A stretch of DNA of 32,000 nucleotides from NCBI GenBank assembly GCA_005191425.1, contig SUPR01000001.1, positions 40,380-72,379 on the forward strand, written 5' to 3'. This DNA is from Candidatus Helarchaeota ASGARD archaeon Hel_GB_B (GTDB lineage Archaea; Asgardarchaeota; Lokiarchaeia; Helarchaeales; HEL-GB-B). Numbering within the stretch: position 1 is the stretch's first letter; the number at the start of each line of letters is the position of its first letter. The notes under the pieces are model-generated. The model was not told the DNA's origin. It ran no database searches and saw only the letters and a program-made list of their open reading frames with translations. A program made the position numbers and the translations under genes. Positions 1 to 8,950 of the stretch are shown one piece after another.

Positions 1-1
1 A

Positions 2-133
2 AATAAAATTAATATACGTGCTATAGCTCAAGGTAGCTCTGAATTAAATATTTCGTTCGTTATCGATAGAGACCAATGTCAGAAAGCAATTAAAATAATT
101 CATGAAGGATTTGAATTATATAAAGAAAATTAA
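2..133 (+). CDS. lysC: Aspartate kinase, C-terminal ACT domain (partial; 5' end outside window)
   Basis: Manual translation from base 2 gives NKINIRAIAQGSSELNISFVIDRDQCQKAIKIIHEGFELYKEN*. INI-x-x-IAQGSSELNIS is the typical second-ACT motif of aspartokinases. hom and thrH lie nearby. Confidence 0.85.
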   Translation, partial: NKINIRAIAQGSSELNISFVIDRDQCQKAIKIIHEGFELYKEN

Positions 134-134
134 G

Positions 135-139
135 GGAGG
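135..139 (+). promoter_or_regulatory. Shine-Dalgarno GGAGG for the 145 TTG start
   Basis: Sequence gggaggaaaaattg directly after the lysC stop codon. Confidence 0.6.
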
Positions 140-144
140 AAAAA

Positions 145-720
145 TTGCATATTAATACACATATTGCTCTTGGGATCATAATAACATTATTATACTCATA
201 TTTATTAAATCCCATATTTATAGAAGTGTTTATCGTATTTTGTTTTAGCTTTTTAATTGATTTCGATTTTATACTATCAAAATATGCAAAAAATAGAAAT
301 CATCGAGTACTACCTACACATGGAATAATGATTTATTTATTTCTAATCCCATTCGGTTTCTTATTACCAATTTTCTTTTTTTTAAGTGTTGCAGGTGTTG
401 TTCATGTATTTATAGATTGTATTGATTGGGGGACAGCCATATTAAGTCCCTTTTCTAAGAAGATCTATTTTGGAATACTCCCCAAACCACCTGAAAATAT
501 TATCTCTGAAAAATCGTTAAATAAGAGGCAATGCTGGTTTACTTTAACATATTATAAATCAAAAATTTTAATGAGTATTGAAATAATCATTTTTATAATT
601 TCAATTATTTCTATTATATTAATCAATTTTTTTTATTGGTGGTTTTTAATTTTTTATTTTCTTTTTCTTTTTATTCATTTATTTTCTTTCTATAAATGTA
701 AAAACTTAAAAGATAAATAG
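145..720 (+). CDS. Membrane-bound metal-dependent hydrolase (YdjM/DUF457-like)
   Basis: Motif series H..TH, DFDF, HR..PTH, H(V)FID set among several hydrophobic helices; TTG start with an SD. Confidence 0.65.
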   Translation: MHINTHIALGIIITLLYSYLLNPIFIEVFIVFCFSFLIDFDFILSKYAKNRNHRVLPTHGIMIYLFLIPFGFLLPIFFFLSVAGVVHVFIDCIDWGTAILSPFSKKIYFGILPKPPENIISEKSLNKRQCWFTLTYYKSKILMSIEIIIFIISIISIILINFFYWWFLIFYFLFLFIHLFSFYKCKNLKDK

Positions 721-774
721 AAAAGAGTCCAATTTATAGAATAATATTTTAAAAATATTTTTGAAGTGTAAATT

Positions 775-1539
775 ATGTTACATTCATTTCATGTTATTGA
801 GAAAATAAGTGGAAGATCAATTTTTTCTAAATTATTTAAAGAGTTATTGATAGATCCAGCACTATTAAGTGGGTTTCTTTCAGCTATGAATTCATTTGCA
901 ATGAGTGAATTAGCAGATAAGGGAATTGAAAATATTGATATGAAAAATATTCGTTGGGTTTATATTGATGATAAAGATTTATTATTTATTATTGGCGCAG
1001 ATAAAGAAGATGAAGCAGAAATGCTAAAGAACCAACTAAAAGTCCTCAAGGATTCTTTTATTGAGTTTTTTTACATCAAGGATGGGTTCAGTAATATCAA
1101 CTGGGATGGTAATACAACTATTTTCCAAGATTTTGAGCCTGTTTTGGAGGAAAATGTTAAGAGCTGGGAAGAAGCTAAAAAAGTAAAAAATGCAGCAGCA
1201 TTAATGGACTTGCTAGATATTTATCAAAATTTATTTGCTAAGCTTGCATTATTTCCAGAAGCAAAACCACTTGATTTAGAAAATATCGATATCATGGAAA
1301 TGGCATTTGATGAACAAAATGCATCATGGAACGTCCATAAATTAGCTAAATTAGATGAACAAGATTTAAGAGCGAAACTTAAGGACGTAATCAGTAAATT
1401 TGTAATAATTTTGCAAAAAACTGCAAAAGATTATTATACCAAAATCAAGACCTTTGTTTTTCCATACATTAGAGAAGATTGGCAACGAATTAAAGATGCT
1501 AAAATGGACGAAGATATAATTAATTTATTCTTAACTTAG
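775..1539 (+). CDS. Longin-like domain protein with uncharacterised helical C-terminus
   Basis: N-terminal ~100 aa (SGRSIFSK..IDPALLSGFLSAMNSFAMSEL..IENIDM...LLFIIGADKEDE..LK..LK...F) matches the Asgard longin/AP-sigma-like pattern as I recall it. Confidence 0.7.
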   Translation: MLHSFHVIEKISGRSIFSKLFKELLIDPALLSGFLSAMNSFAMSELADKGIENIDMKNIRWVYIDDKDLLFIIGADKEDEAEMLKNQLKVLKDSFIEFFYIKDGFSNINWDGNTTIFQDFEPVLEENVKSWEEAKKVKNAAALMDLLDIYQNLFAKLALFPEAKPLDLENIDIMEMAFDEQNASWNVHKLAKLDEQDLRAKLKDVISKFVIILQKTAKDYYTKIKTFVFPYIREDWQRIKDAKMDEDIINLFLT

Positions 1540-1848
1540 ATAATTGATAATTAAATTAAGAAATTTCTTGTTAATTTTCATTAAAAATTTCATATATAAT
1601 AACATTCTATAAATCCAATTATATAATCAATTATCTTTCACGAAAAATTTATATAATTTTCTTTCATTATGCAAAAATTGTAATTAATATGAATAAATTT
1701 AATAAATCATAATTCAAATTTATATTATCAAGATGAATGAAATCCAAATTTTACAAATTTTAAAATGGATTAGAGAAACGATAGCTCAATTCAAGAAAGA
1801 ACCTAATTTTTTCTTTATTAAATTTTTTTGACTTGGTGAAGATATTTA

Positions 1849-2535
1849 ATGAAAAAAAAATCAAAAGAAAATAATTTAAATAACGATAATAAAAAAGAAA
1901 CCCATTTAAAGTTCATTAAAAAATGGAAAGAATATACAGAAGTTACTAATGCAGGGCCAATATATAGACGATTTTTTGTAAAAAATGGTTTTGATGGAGC
2001 TCTTACAATTTTAGGCGTTATAATTGGCGCTTGGCTTGCAAATGGAGGTTTATGGGAAATACCCGCAAGTTTAATTTTTTCAGCCCAAGAAGTCCAATTT
2101 ATAATATTGACAGGGCTTGGCGCTTCACTTTCAATGGGTATTTCAGGTCTTTGGGGTAGTTTTTTGACAGAATCTGCAGAAAGGAAAAAAGAATTGGATG
2201 ATTTAGAAAAATCAATGGTAGTAACAAAAGGAAAATTTAAAAATACATATATTACTAGAGCTCAGCGTTTTGCAGCGATCTTTGCAGCTATAATAGATGG
2301 GGTCTCGCCAGCTATATTTGCAATAATTTGTTTGATTCCATTTTTTGTTGGGTTTTTCTTCCCCTTAGGATATTTTATTTTTATTGGTTCATTGATTCTA
2401 ACATATTTGATGCTATTTTTACTGGGAACTTTTCTTGGAAAAATATCTAAAAAGAACATTTTAATTTATGGCTTAAAAATGGCTTCTGCAGGAGTTGTTG
2501 TAGCACTTATTTTCATGTTTCTACCGACAGCATAA
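1849..2535 (+). CDS. VIT1/CCC1 family transporter (DUF125)
   Basis: RRFFVKNGFDGALTILGVIIG, SMGISGLWGSFLTESAERKKEL..LEKSM, and about 5 TM helices. Confidence 0.85.
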   Translation: MKKKSKENNLNNDNKKETHLKFIKKWKEYTEVTNAGPIYRRFFVKNGFDGALTILGVIIGAWLANGGLWEIPASLIFSAQEVQFIILTGLGASLSMGISGLWGSFLTESAERKKELDDLEKSMVVTKGKFKNTYITRAQRFAAIFAAIIDGVSPAIFAIICLIPFFVGFFFPLGYFIFIGSLILTYLMLFLLGTFLGKISKKNILIYGLKMASAGVVVALIFMFLPTA

Positions 2536-2855
2536 TATCTATAATAATCAAAATTAATTATTTTTGACTTTTTACAAAATCCTATGCTTTAAAAATTAAA
2601 CACTTTTCATTTTAATATTTTTTCACTATTTTTCCACCGCAATTCTCTATTTCTTTTAATACAAGTCCCATCCATCTTTCTAACATTTTTCTCCTATTTC
2701 CCCCTTTCAACATAATAAGAAAAACAGTCCCGAAATCTTTTAATAAAGTGGACGGGATAGAGGCGTTTGGGGTCACGCCAATATCTGTTCGTATAGAATA
2801 AAAATAAAATTTATTTTCCTATTATTAGCATAGGAAAATGAATAAACCCTTATTT

Positions 2856-3494
2856 TTATATTTTTATGTCTAAATATTCTGAAATTAATTTTTTAAGTTC
2901 TGAATAGTTATTAGCTACTGGGAAATTTGGAAATTCTTTAACTACATTTGGAGGCGGACTAAAAAGAATACCAAACGTGGCATCAGATAACATTCCAATA
3001 TCATTATATGAATCACCTATTGCAATTACTTTGTAATTCATTTGAAGTAGTGCGTTAACTGTTTTTCGTTTCATGTCATTTATTCTAATACGATAATTTT
3101 TGATCATTCCAGCATTATTTACTTCAAGGTCATGACACAATAAAGTCGGATAGTTCATTTTTTTCATTAATAACATACCAAATTCAATAAAAGTATCAGA
3201 AACAATTAAAAATTGGGTATGTCTACGAAGCCATTCTATAAAATCAAGAGCACCTGGTAAAAGTTCCATTTCATTTATGATTTTTTGAATATCTTTTAGA
3301 GTGATATGACGCTCTTTTAAAATTCTTATACGATTTTTCATTAATTCATCATAATCAGAAATATCTCTGGTCGTAAGTTTTAATTCCTCAATTCCAGTCT
3401 TCTTTGCAATATTGATCCAAATTTCGGGAGTGAAAATGCCTTCAAGATCTAAGCAAATCATGAACATAATAATTAGGGATGATACAAAATTCAT
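2856..3494 (-). CDS. thrH: Bifunctional phosphoserine phosphatase / homoserine phosphotransferase (HAD family); true start probably ~3467
   Basis: CLDLEG..PEIW..IAKKTGIEEL..TTRDISDYDELM, IVSDTF, GDSYND..ML closely follow Pseudomonas-type ThrH. Confidence 0.9.
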   Translation of the reverse strand: MNFVSSLIIMFMICLDLEGIFTPEIWINIAKKTGIEELKLTTRDISDYDELMKNRIRILKERHITLKDIQKIINEMELLPGALDFIEWLRRHTQFLIVSDTFIEFGMLLMKKMNYPTLLCHDLEVNNAGMIKNYRIRINDMKRKTVNALLQMNYKVIAIGDSYNDIGMLSDATFGILFSPPPNVVKEFPNFPVANNYSELKKLISEYLDIKI

Positions 3495-3629
3495 TTAAAT
3501 GTTGCTTAAAAATATTCAGATTGAAATTGATATTGATTATTATTAAAACAAATTATTTAAAAATTATTTATCAATTTAAGATTTATCTAAATAATAGTAA
3601 ATTAAAATAAAAAAACTAAAATCTGGTAA

Positions 3630-4136
3630 GTGGAAATTTTGAATGTAGAAATGGAATTGGAATTGGTAGATTCTCCGGGTCAACTAATAAAAATATTAGT
3701 ACCAATTGGAAAGTTTGGTGGAAATATTATTAATATTTTTCATATTAGAGATCGCATAAAAAATAATTATGTTCCAGTTATTCTTAATTTTGATATCCCA
3801 GACATTAACAAATTAAATAAAATAAAAGAAAAATTACAAGAAATTGGAATCAAAATTATTAGATTAGAAAGAGATGTCGGTGCATATAAAGGACATGTTA
3901 TTCTTATTGGTCATGTATTTGATTCAGATATTAATGATACAATAGATGAAGTAATTAATATTAACATTGAAAAAATTCAAATAAGAAAAATAAGTGCATT
4001 AATTAGAGACCCAAAGAAGCCATCGTCCGTAAAATTTTTAATCCAAACAGAAACTGAAGATTTAATGGAAAAAGCATACCAGAAATTTGAAGAGATATCA
4101 AAACACAAAAATCTATTAATGATCAAGGAACTTTAA
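3630..4136 (+). CDS. Tandem ACT-domain protein (archaeal homoserine dehydrogenase-associated regulator)
   Basis: LELVDSPGQL..IL.PI.K.GGNII.IFH.R and VILIGHVFDSDI.DTID; GTG start; 5 bp upstream of hom. Confidence 0.8.
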   Translation: MEILNVEMELELVDSPGQLIKILVPIGKFGGNIINIFHIRDRIKNNYVPVILNFDIPDINKLNKIKEKLQEIGIKIIRLERDVGAYKGHVILIGHVFDSDINDTIDEVININIEKIQIRKISALIRDPKKPSSVKFLIQTETEDLMEKAYQKFEEISKHKNLLMIKEL

Positions 4137-4141
4137 TAAAA

Positions 4142-5167
4142 ATGAAGGAATTTAAATTCATTATTATAGGATTTGGGACTGTAGGTCGGTCTTTAGCTAA
4201 ATTGGTTGTTAAAAAAAATGAGCAATTTAAAAAGAAGTGGGGAATTAATCTCAAATGTGTTGCTATTTTTGAGTATAATGGCGCTTTTGTTGATGAAATA
4301 AATGGGCTCGATCTCAAGACCATAGTTGATTTGCCCCCAAATGAATTTAGTTCATCTCCAAATTGGAAAAATGGTTATCTTGCAAATGACCACTTAAATT
4401 CAATTGATAGTAATATAGTCGTTGAATTGACTAAAACCAATATTAAAGATGCAGAGCCGGCTTATACATATATTAAAACATCACTGCTCAATAATAGAGA
4501 TGTCGTGACTTCTAATAAAGGCCCATTATCATTATATTACCCAGAATTGATGAAAATAGTCAGCAGCAATAATAGACTGTTTAGGTTTGAAGCTTCTGTA
4601 GGGGGTATAATCCCAATTTTGGGGACTTATAAAAATTTGTTGCTGGCAAATAAAATAATAGCCATTTCAGGAATATTAAACGGGACATCTAATTACATTT
4701 TAACTAAAATGACACTTGAAAAAATACCATTTGATATCGCATTAAAAGAAGCTCAAGAAAATGGATATGCTGAAGCTGACCCTTCTTTAGACATTCAAGG
4801 TATTGATGCAGCCTCTAAGTTAGTAATCTTAGCAAATAGTATTTTAGGTTATGAATCCTCACTTTCAAATGTCAAAAGACAAGGGATTGATAAAATAACC
4901 CCTGAAGCAATAGAACTTGCAAGAGAAGAAAGATATGTAATCAAACATGTGGCAGTTGCAAGGGACGGAAAATTAGAAGTTGCGCCCAAATTAATTCCTG
5001 AAAATCATACCCTAAATATTAGTGGGACTAAAAACATTATCATATTAAAAACTGAAGAAGCTGGAGAAATTGTCCTTAGCGGAAGAGGAGCTGGCGGAAT
5101 TGAAGCAGCTTCAGCTGTACTCTCCGATATTTTGTATATTTGTAAAACAAGAAAAAAAGAAATATAA
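4142..5167 (+). CDS. hom: Homoserine dehydrogenase
   Basis: IIGFGTVG Rossmann motif, VVTSNKGP, FEASVGG.IP, GILNGTSNYIL, GYAEADP..D..G.DAA.K, G.GAGG.EAASAVLSD. Confidence 0.95.
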   Translation: MKEFKFIIIGFGTVGRSLAKLVVKKNEQFKKKWGINLKCVAIFEYNGAFVDEINGLDLKTIVDLPPNEFSSSPNWKNGYLANDHLNSIDSNIVVELTKTNIKDAEPAYTYIKTSLLNNRDVVTSNKGPLSLYYPELMKIVSSNNRLFRFEASVGGIIPILGTYKNLLLANKIIAISGILNGTSNYILTKMTLEKIPFDIALKEAQENGYAEADPSLDIQGIDAASKLVILANSILGYESSLSNVKRQGIDKITPEAIELAREERYVIKHVAVARDGKLEVAPKLIPENHTLNISGTKNIIILKTEEAGEIVLSGRGAGGIEAASAVLSDILYICKTRKKEI

Positions 5168-5182
5168 TTTAAAATTTATACT

Positions 5183-5590
5183 TTAAAATGGACTCTGTAG
5201 TGGATTATACCCAGTTAATCCTAATATGACATTATTTGTAATTACGATAAATAGAATTGTTAAGAAGGAAATTAAAACTGCTTTTTGCCACTCAATGTCC
5301 ATAAGCCAATAGGTCAGGAAAATCAGTATAAAAAAAGCAACATATGGACTTAGGTTCTGAAATAATTGAGTCATATAGGGAGGAATATAAATAGGTATCT
5401 GGTCTAGTGCCATTGCTAAATACGGGATTAATAATACAATGATAATTCCAAGTAATATAGAAACTGCAATTCGTCTTTTTGCTTTGTATTTGCCTGCAAT
5501 TATAAGAACAGATAAATACATAGCTAAAATAGCAATTACTATCATTACCGTCAAATATATTAAATTTACAATCCACTCTAATTGCATCAT
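5183..5590 (-). CDS. Hypothetical 4-TM membrane protein
   Basis: 135-aa hydrophobic ORF; AGGTG SD-like site upstream at ~5600-5604. Confidence 0.7.
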   Translation of the reverse strand: MMQLEWIVNLIYLTVMIVIAILAMYLSVLIIAGKYKAKRRIAVSILLGIIIVLLIPYLAMALDQIPIYIPPYMTQLFQNLSPYVAFFILIFLTYWLMDIEWQKAVLISFLTILFIVITNNVILGLTGYNPLQSPF

Positions 5591-5821
5591 AAACTTTTAC
5601 ACCTAAATTTAAATTTTAATATCAGTTATTAAAATTTTTTTTTAAAACGTTCAACACAATGTTTTAAAAATTCATATACAAATTTGGATTTAATTAGATT
5701 TTGAATATTCTTTTAAAAAAGATTATAGTAAATTTTAGTATTTTATAAATTATGAGAAAACTTTAAATTTTTAGTTAAAAAAAAGTTTCTTAACCATAAT
5801 AATAATAAAGGATTAATAAAA

Positions 5822-6400
5822 ATGGAAATTTTTGAGGTCTTAGATAGTGGAGAAACGCGCTTCTTGACAGTAAATACCGTTAAAGAAGCCCTTCGACCTG
5901 ATAAAGTAATTATTATTTTAGACCATGACAAAAAATCAGTTTATATTCACGTTGGTAAAAATGCTTCAACTCGTCTGAAGTTTTCAAGTGCGAGGTCTTC
6001 ACGGTCAATACTTCAAGAACGAAATTTGGCTTATAGAGTTAAGACTATTGATGAAGAGGATCTACCATCATGGTTTGAGAGTATTACCAATAAGATAGTT
6101 AGAGATAATATAAGGGCTGAACCCCCACCACTTGAAATTCTAAAAATATTAAGAAAAATAGAAAACGCAGAACCTATTGAAGGATATAAAAGTGAAGCTG
6201 CTATTGTTAAAAATAAATTTTATAATTTAGAAACTACAGCTACTACAATTATGGGACAAAACCATTCTATTGAAAAATTTAAAGAAGTCCGAGATCTACC
6301 TGAGGGTTTTTATGTATTACCAAATACATATAAAGCAAGACTAATCATCGAAAAAGGTAAAGTTGTGGGAATTGAACTATTAAAAGAACGACCTACTTAA
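5822..6400 (+). CDS. Single gelsolin-like domain plus C-terminal extra domain (Asgard 1DGelX-like)
   Basis: L.PDKVIIILDHDKKSVYIHVGKNAS.R.KF..A....I......V..IDE...P.WF fits the gelsolin fold pattern. The C-terminal part (GYKSEAAIV.NKFY...DLPEGFYVL...Y.ARLIIE.GKV..IELLK) resembles GelX domain X as I recall it. Confidence 0.7.
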   Translation: MEIFEVLDSGETRFLTVNTVKEALRPDKVIIILDHDKKSVYIHVGKNASTRLKFSSARSSRSILQERNLAYRVKTIDEEDLPSWFESITNKIVRDNIRAEPPPLEILKILRKIENAEPIEGYKSEAAIVKNKFYNLETTATTIMGQNHSIEKFKEVRDLPEGFYVLPNTYKARLIIEKGKVVGIELLKERPT

Positions 6401-6545
6401 GATTAATTTTTATGCCCTTTTTTAAAATTTATTAATTTATTTTGATATTTATTAAATTAAACAAATTTATACCCCAAACTAATGGGATTTATGGATTAAT
6501 TTTAATTTACTAATAATTGCCCAAGATTACATAAATTGAGAAATA

Positions 6546-7079
6546 ATGAGCGAAGAAATTTATAAATTTTTTGAGGAACTTGTCAGAGACTATAAAATTC
6601 TATTAGAATTAGTTCCAGTTAATAATAACGCTATAAATATAATTACCCAATATTTCCCGCTTAATTTCGAGGCTAATTTTATAATATCTGACACTGGAGA
6701 AGAATTTTTTATTAGAATCTCCCCAGAATCCAATGTAATAAAGAAAAGAAGAAATCCATTTTCTATCATGACTATTATTACGGATAAAAATACCTTATTA
6801 AAGATAATTAGAAGACAAACTTCAATATTACGCGAATTTAATTTTCAAAATTTACATATATCTAATTTAAAACAAGTTTATATGTATCGAATTATTTTAT
6901 TAGGGATGTTAATACAATCTAAAGCAGAATATGATAATAGAAGAAAAATTCTGCGGTTCTTACCAATTAAAATTATCAGAAATTTCTTGTTGATATTTTT
7001 AGAAGATAAATCATTTGTTCTTATTAAATTGATTTTAAAAAAATTAATTCCAAAAATTATGGGTATTCTAGTTAAATAA
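6546..7079 (+). CDS. Hypothetical protein, possibly divergent SCP2-like lipid-binding domain with basic amphipathic C-terminus
   Basis: The pattern NFIISDTGEEFFIRI......MTIITD..TLLKII....S is SCP2-like but weak; it lies next to a clearer SCP2 gene. Confidence 0.45.
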   Translation: MSEEIYKFFEELVRDYKILLELVPVNNNAINIITQYFPLNFEANFIISDTGEEFFIRISPESNVIKKRRNPFSIMTIITDKNTLLKIIRRQTSILREFNFQNLHISNLKQVYMYRIILLGMLIQSKAEYDNRRKILRFLPIKIIRNFLLIFLEDKSFVLIKLILKKLIPKIMGILVK

Positions 7080-7098
7080 AATAAGATGATTAATAAAA

Positions 7099-7491
7099 AT
7101 GAGTGAATTATTTAACAAAATAGAATTTTTCTGTCAAGCATACAAAAAGAATTCTAAAAAATTACTTAATTTTAAAATAGGGAGTATTTCTAACTATTAT
7201 CCCCAGGGAATTAAAGTTAATATTATAGTATTAGACAATAAAATTGAAAATTATACCCTGTTAATATCAGATACTTCTTGTAAAGTTGTAAAAGGATTTT
7301 CTTCATCCCAATTAAATTTATCAGCCCTACCAGATGTGTGGGACAAGATTTTTTCAGGTAAATACCGGGTAATTAAAGGAATTATGGAGGGTAAAATAAA
7401 AGTAAGGGGGATAAGGTCAATGGTCAGTCCGTTGATAATATTATCATCATTATTTTATTTATATTCGGAGGATTTTGATAATAATGACTAA
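7099..7491 (+). CDS. SCP2 sterol/lipid-binding domain protein
   Basis: C-terminal DVWDKIFSG....KGIMEGKIKVRG is the SCP2 signature. Confidence 0.7.
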   Translation: MSELFNKIEFFCQAYKKNSKKLLNFKIGSISNYYPQGIKVNIIVLDNKIENYTLLISDTSCKVVKGFSSSQLNLSALPDVWDKIFSGKYRVIKGIMEGKIKVRGIRSMVSPLIILSSLFYLYSEDFDNND

Positions 7492-8950
7492 AAATACAGT
7501 TGCTGAAGATATTGCAGAATTTGTAGTAAATTTGAAATATAAAGATATCCCCAACCGTATTATCAAAAAGGCAAAAGATCAAATATTAGGAGTAATTGCT
7601 GCAATTTATGCGGGCTCACTTACAGATGAAGGAAAAATAATAATTAATACAGTTAAACAATTTGGTGATAAAGAGGAATCAAGTTTAATACCTTCGGGAT
7701 TTAAAACTTCAGTAAGAAGTAGTGTATTATGTAATTCGAGCGTAGGAGTTGCTCTTGACTATGTAGATTATCTATTAAGTGGGCATACGGGAGTCTCGGC
7801 AGTTCCGGTCTCTCTTGCAGTCGGAGAATCATTGAATTCTACAGGAAAAGAAGTTATAACAGCTCAGATCATTGCAAATGAAATAGAAGGAAGATTAGGA
7901 ACAAGCGTATTTCTAGGGCCACAAAATGGACAATTATGGTCGTATATTCATTTAATTGGTGGAGCAGTAGCTGCTTCACGATTATTAGGTCTTAATGAAG
8001 ATCAAGTAGCTAACGCAATTGGAATTGCACTCGCCCAAAGCACATATACAATTTTTAGAGGTTATTTTGCAATGGCAAAACTTTTTGTAAGCGGACTCCC
8101 TGCCCAAATTGGAGTTCAAGCTGCTTATTTTGCAAAAAATGGCTTAAGAGGGGCTCATGATATCATTGAGCACCCATTGGGGTTCTGTAATTTAATGGCA
8201 GATATACCATTAAAATTTATTACTAATTCCGCATTGGGTAAAGCTTGGGTTACAGATACTCTCTGTTATAAAATTTATCCAGGTTGCGCTTATGTCGATG
8301 CTATTGCAGATTGTATTCTTGATTTACATAAAGAATTTGATATTAATTACAAGGAAATTAAGAGAGTTGAAGTATTCTCAAGTATTTTAACCACGGCGAT
8401 GGACGATTTTGCAGCACCATTTACTACGATAGATTCGCTAAAAAAAGAACAGACTCATGTAGCGCTAAATTTTACAGTACCTTATACAGTGGCAGCAACT
8501 CTTATAGATAAAGAATTGACACCACGACAATTTAAAAAAGAAAGATATTTGAACCCAGAAATACATAATCTTGCTAATAAAGTAAAAATAATACCAGATT
8601 CTAAAATTTCATCAGAAATCCTGGGTACTTTGCCAGCTATTAAAATTCCAAGCTTAAAAGAGATTATATCTGGAAAATATTCGTTAGCAGATATAAATTT
8701 AGATGATGTAACAGTTGCTTTTGCCGGCGCAGTAAAGATAATAATGAATAACGGAAAAAAATACTATAAAAAACAAAATATTCCTTATGGAGCTCCAGGA
8801 AATCCTTATGATTTAAAGAAAAAATTTACACAAGAAGCTATAAATATATTACCAAGCGAAAAAATAGACCCAGCAATTCGCGCTATAAATAATATTGAAG
8901 CCATCGAAAATATTGGTGATTTAATACAAAAAATTTGTTCTCAAATATAA
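7475..8950 (+). CDS. MmgE/PrpD family protein (start may be ATG ~7484)
   Basis: AKDQILG, ALDY.D...GH....VP.SLAVGE, GAVAASRLLGL..DQ.ANAIGIA, G..AAYFAKNG.RG, KIYPGC, P.GAPGNP. Confidence 0.9.
   Translation: MIIMTKNTVAEDIAEFVVNLKYKDIPNRIIKKAKDQILGVIAAIYAGSLTDEGKIIINTVKQFGDKEESSLIPSGFKTSVRSSVLCNSSVGVALDYVDYLLSGHTGVSAVPVSLAVGESLNSTGKEVITAQIIANEIEGRLGTSVFLGPQNGQLWSYIHLIGGAVAASRLLGLNEDQVANAIGIALAQSTYTIFRGYFAMAKLFVSGLPAQIGVQAAYFAKNGLRGAHDIIEHPLGFCNLMADIPLKFITNSALGKAWVTDTLCYKIYPGCAYVDAIADCILDLHKEFDINYKEIKRVEVFSSILTTAMDDFAAPFTTIDSLKKEQTHVALNFTVPYTVAATLIDKELTPRQFKKERYLNPEIHNLANKVKIIPDSKISSEILGTLPAIKIPSLKEIISGKYSLADINLDDVTVAFAGAVKIIMNNGKKYYKKQNIPYGAPGNPYDLKKKFTQEAINILPSEKIDPAIRAINNIEAIENIGDLIQKICSQI

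Noticed and set aside
2728-2790. Fluoride riboswitch or SECIS interpretation
   Set aside because: Lacks the downstream UGAUG pseudoknot partner of the fluoride riboswitch; only a loose GAA/A resemblance to SECIS, and no in-frame TGA gene is evident nearby.
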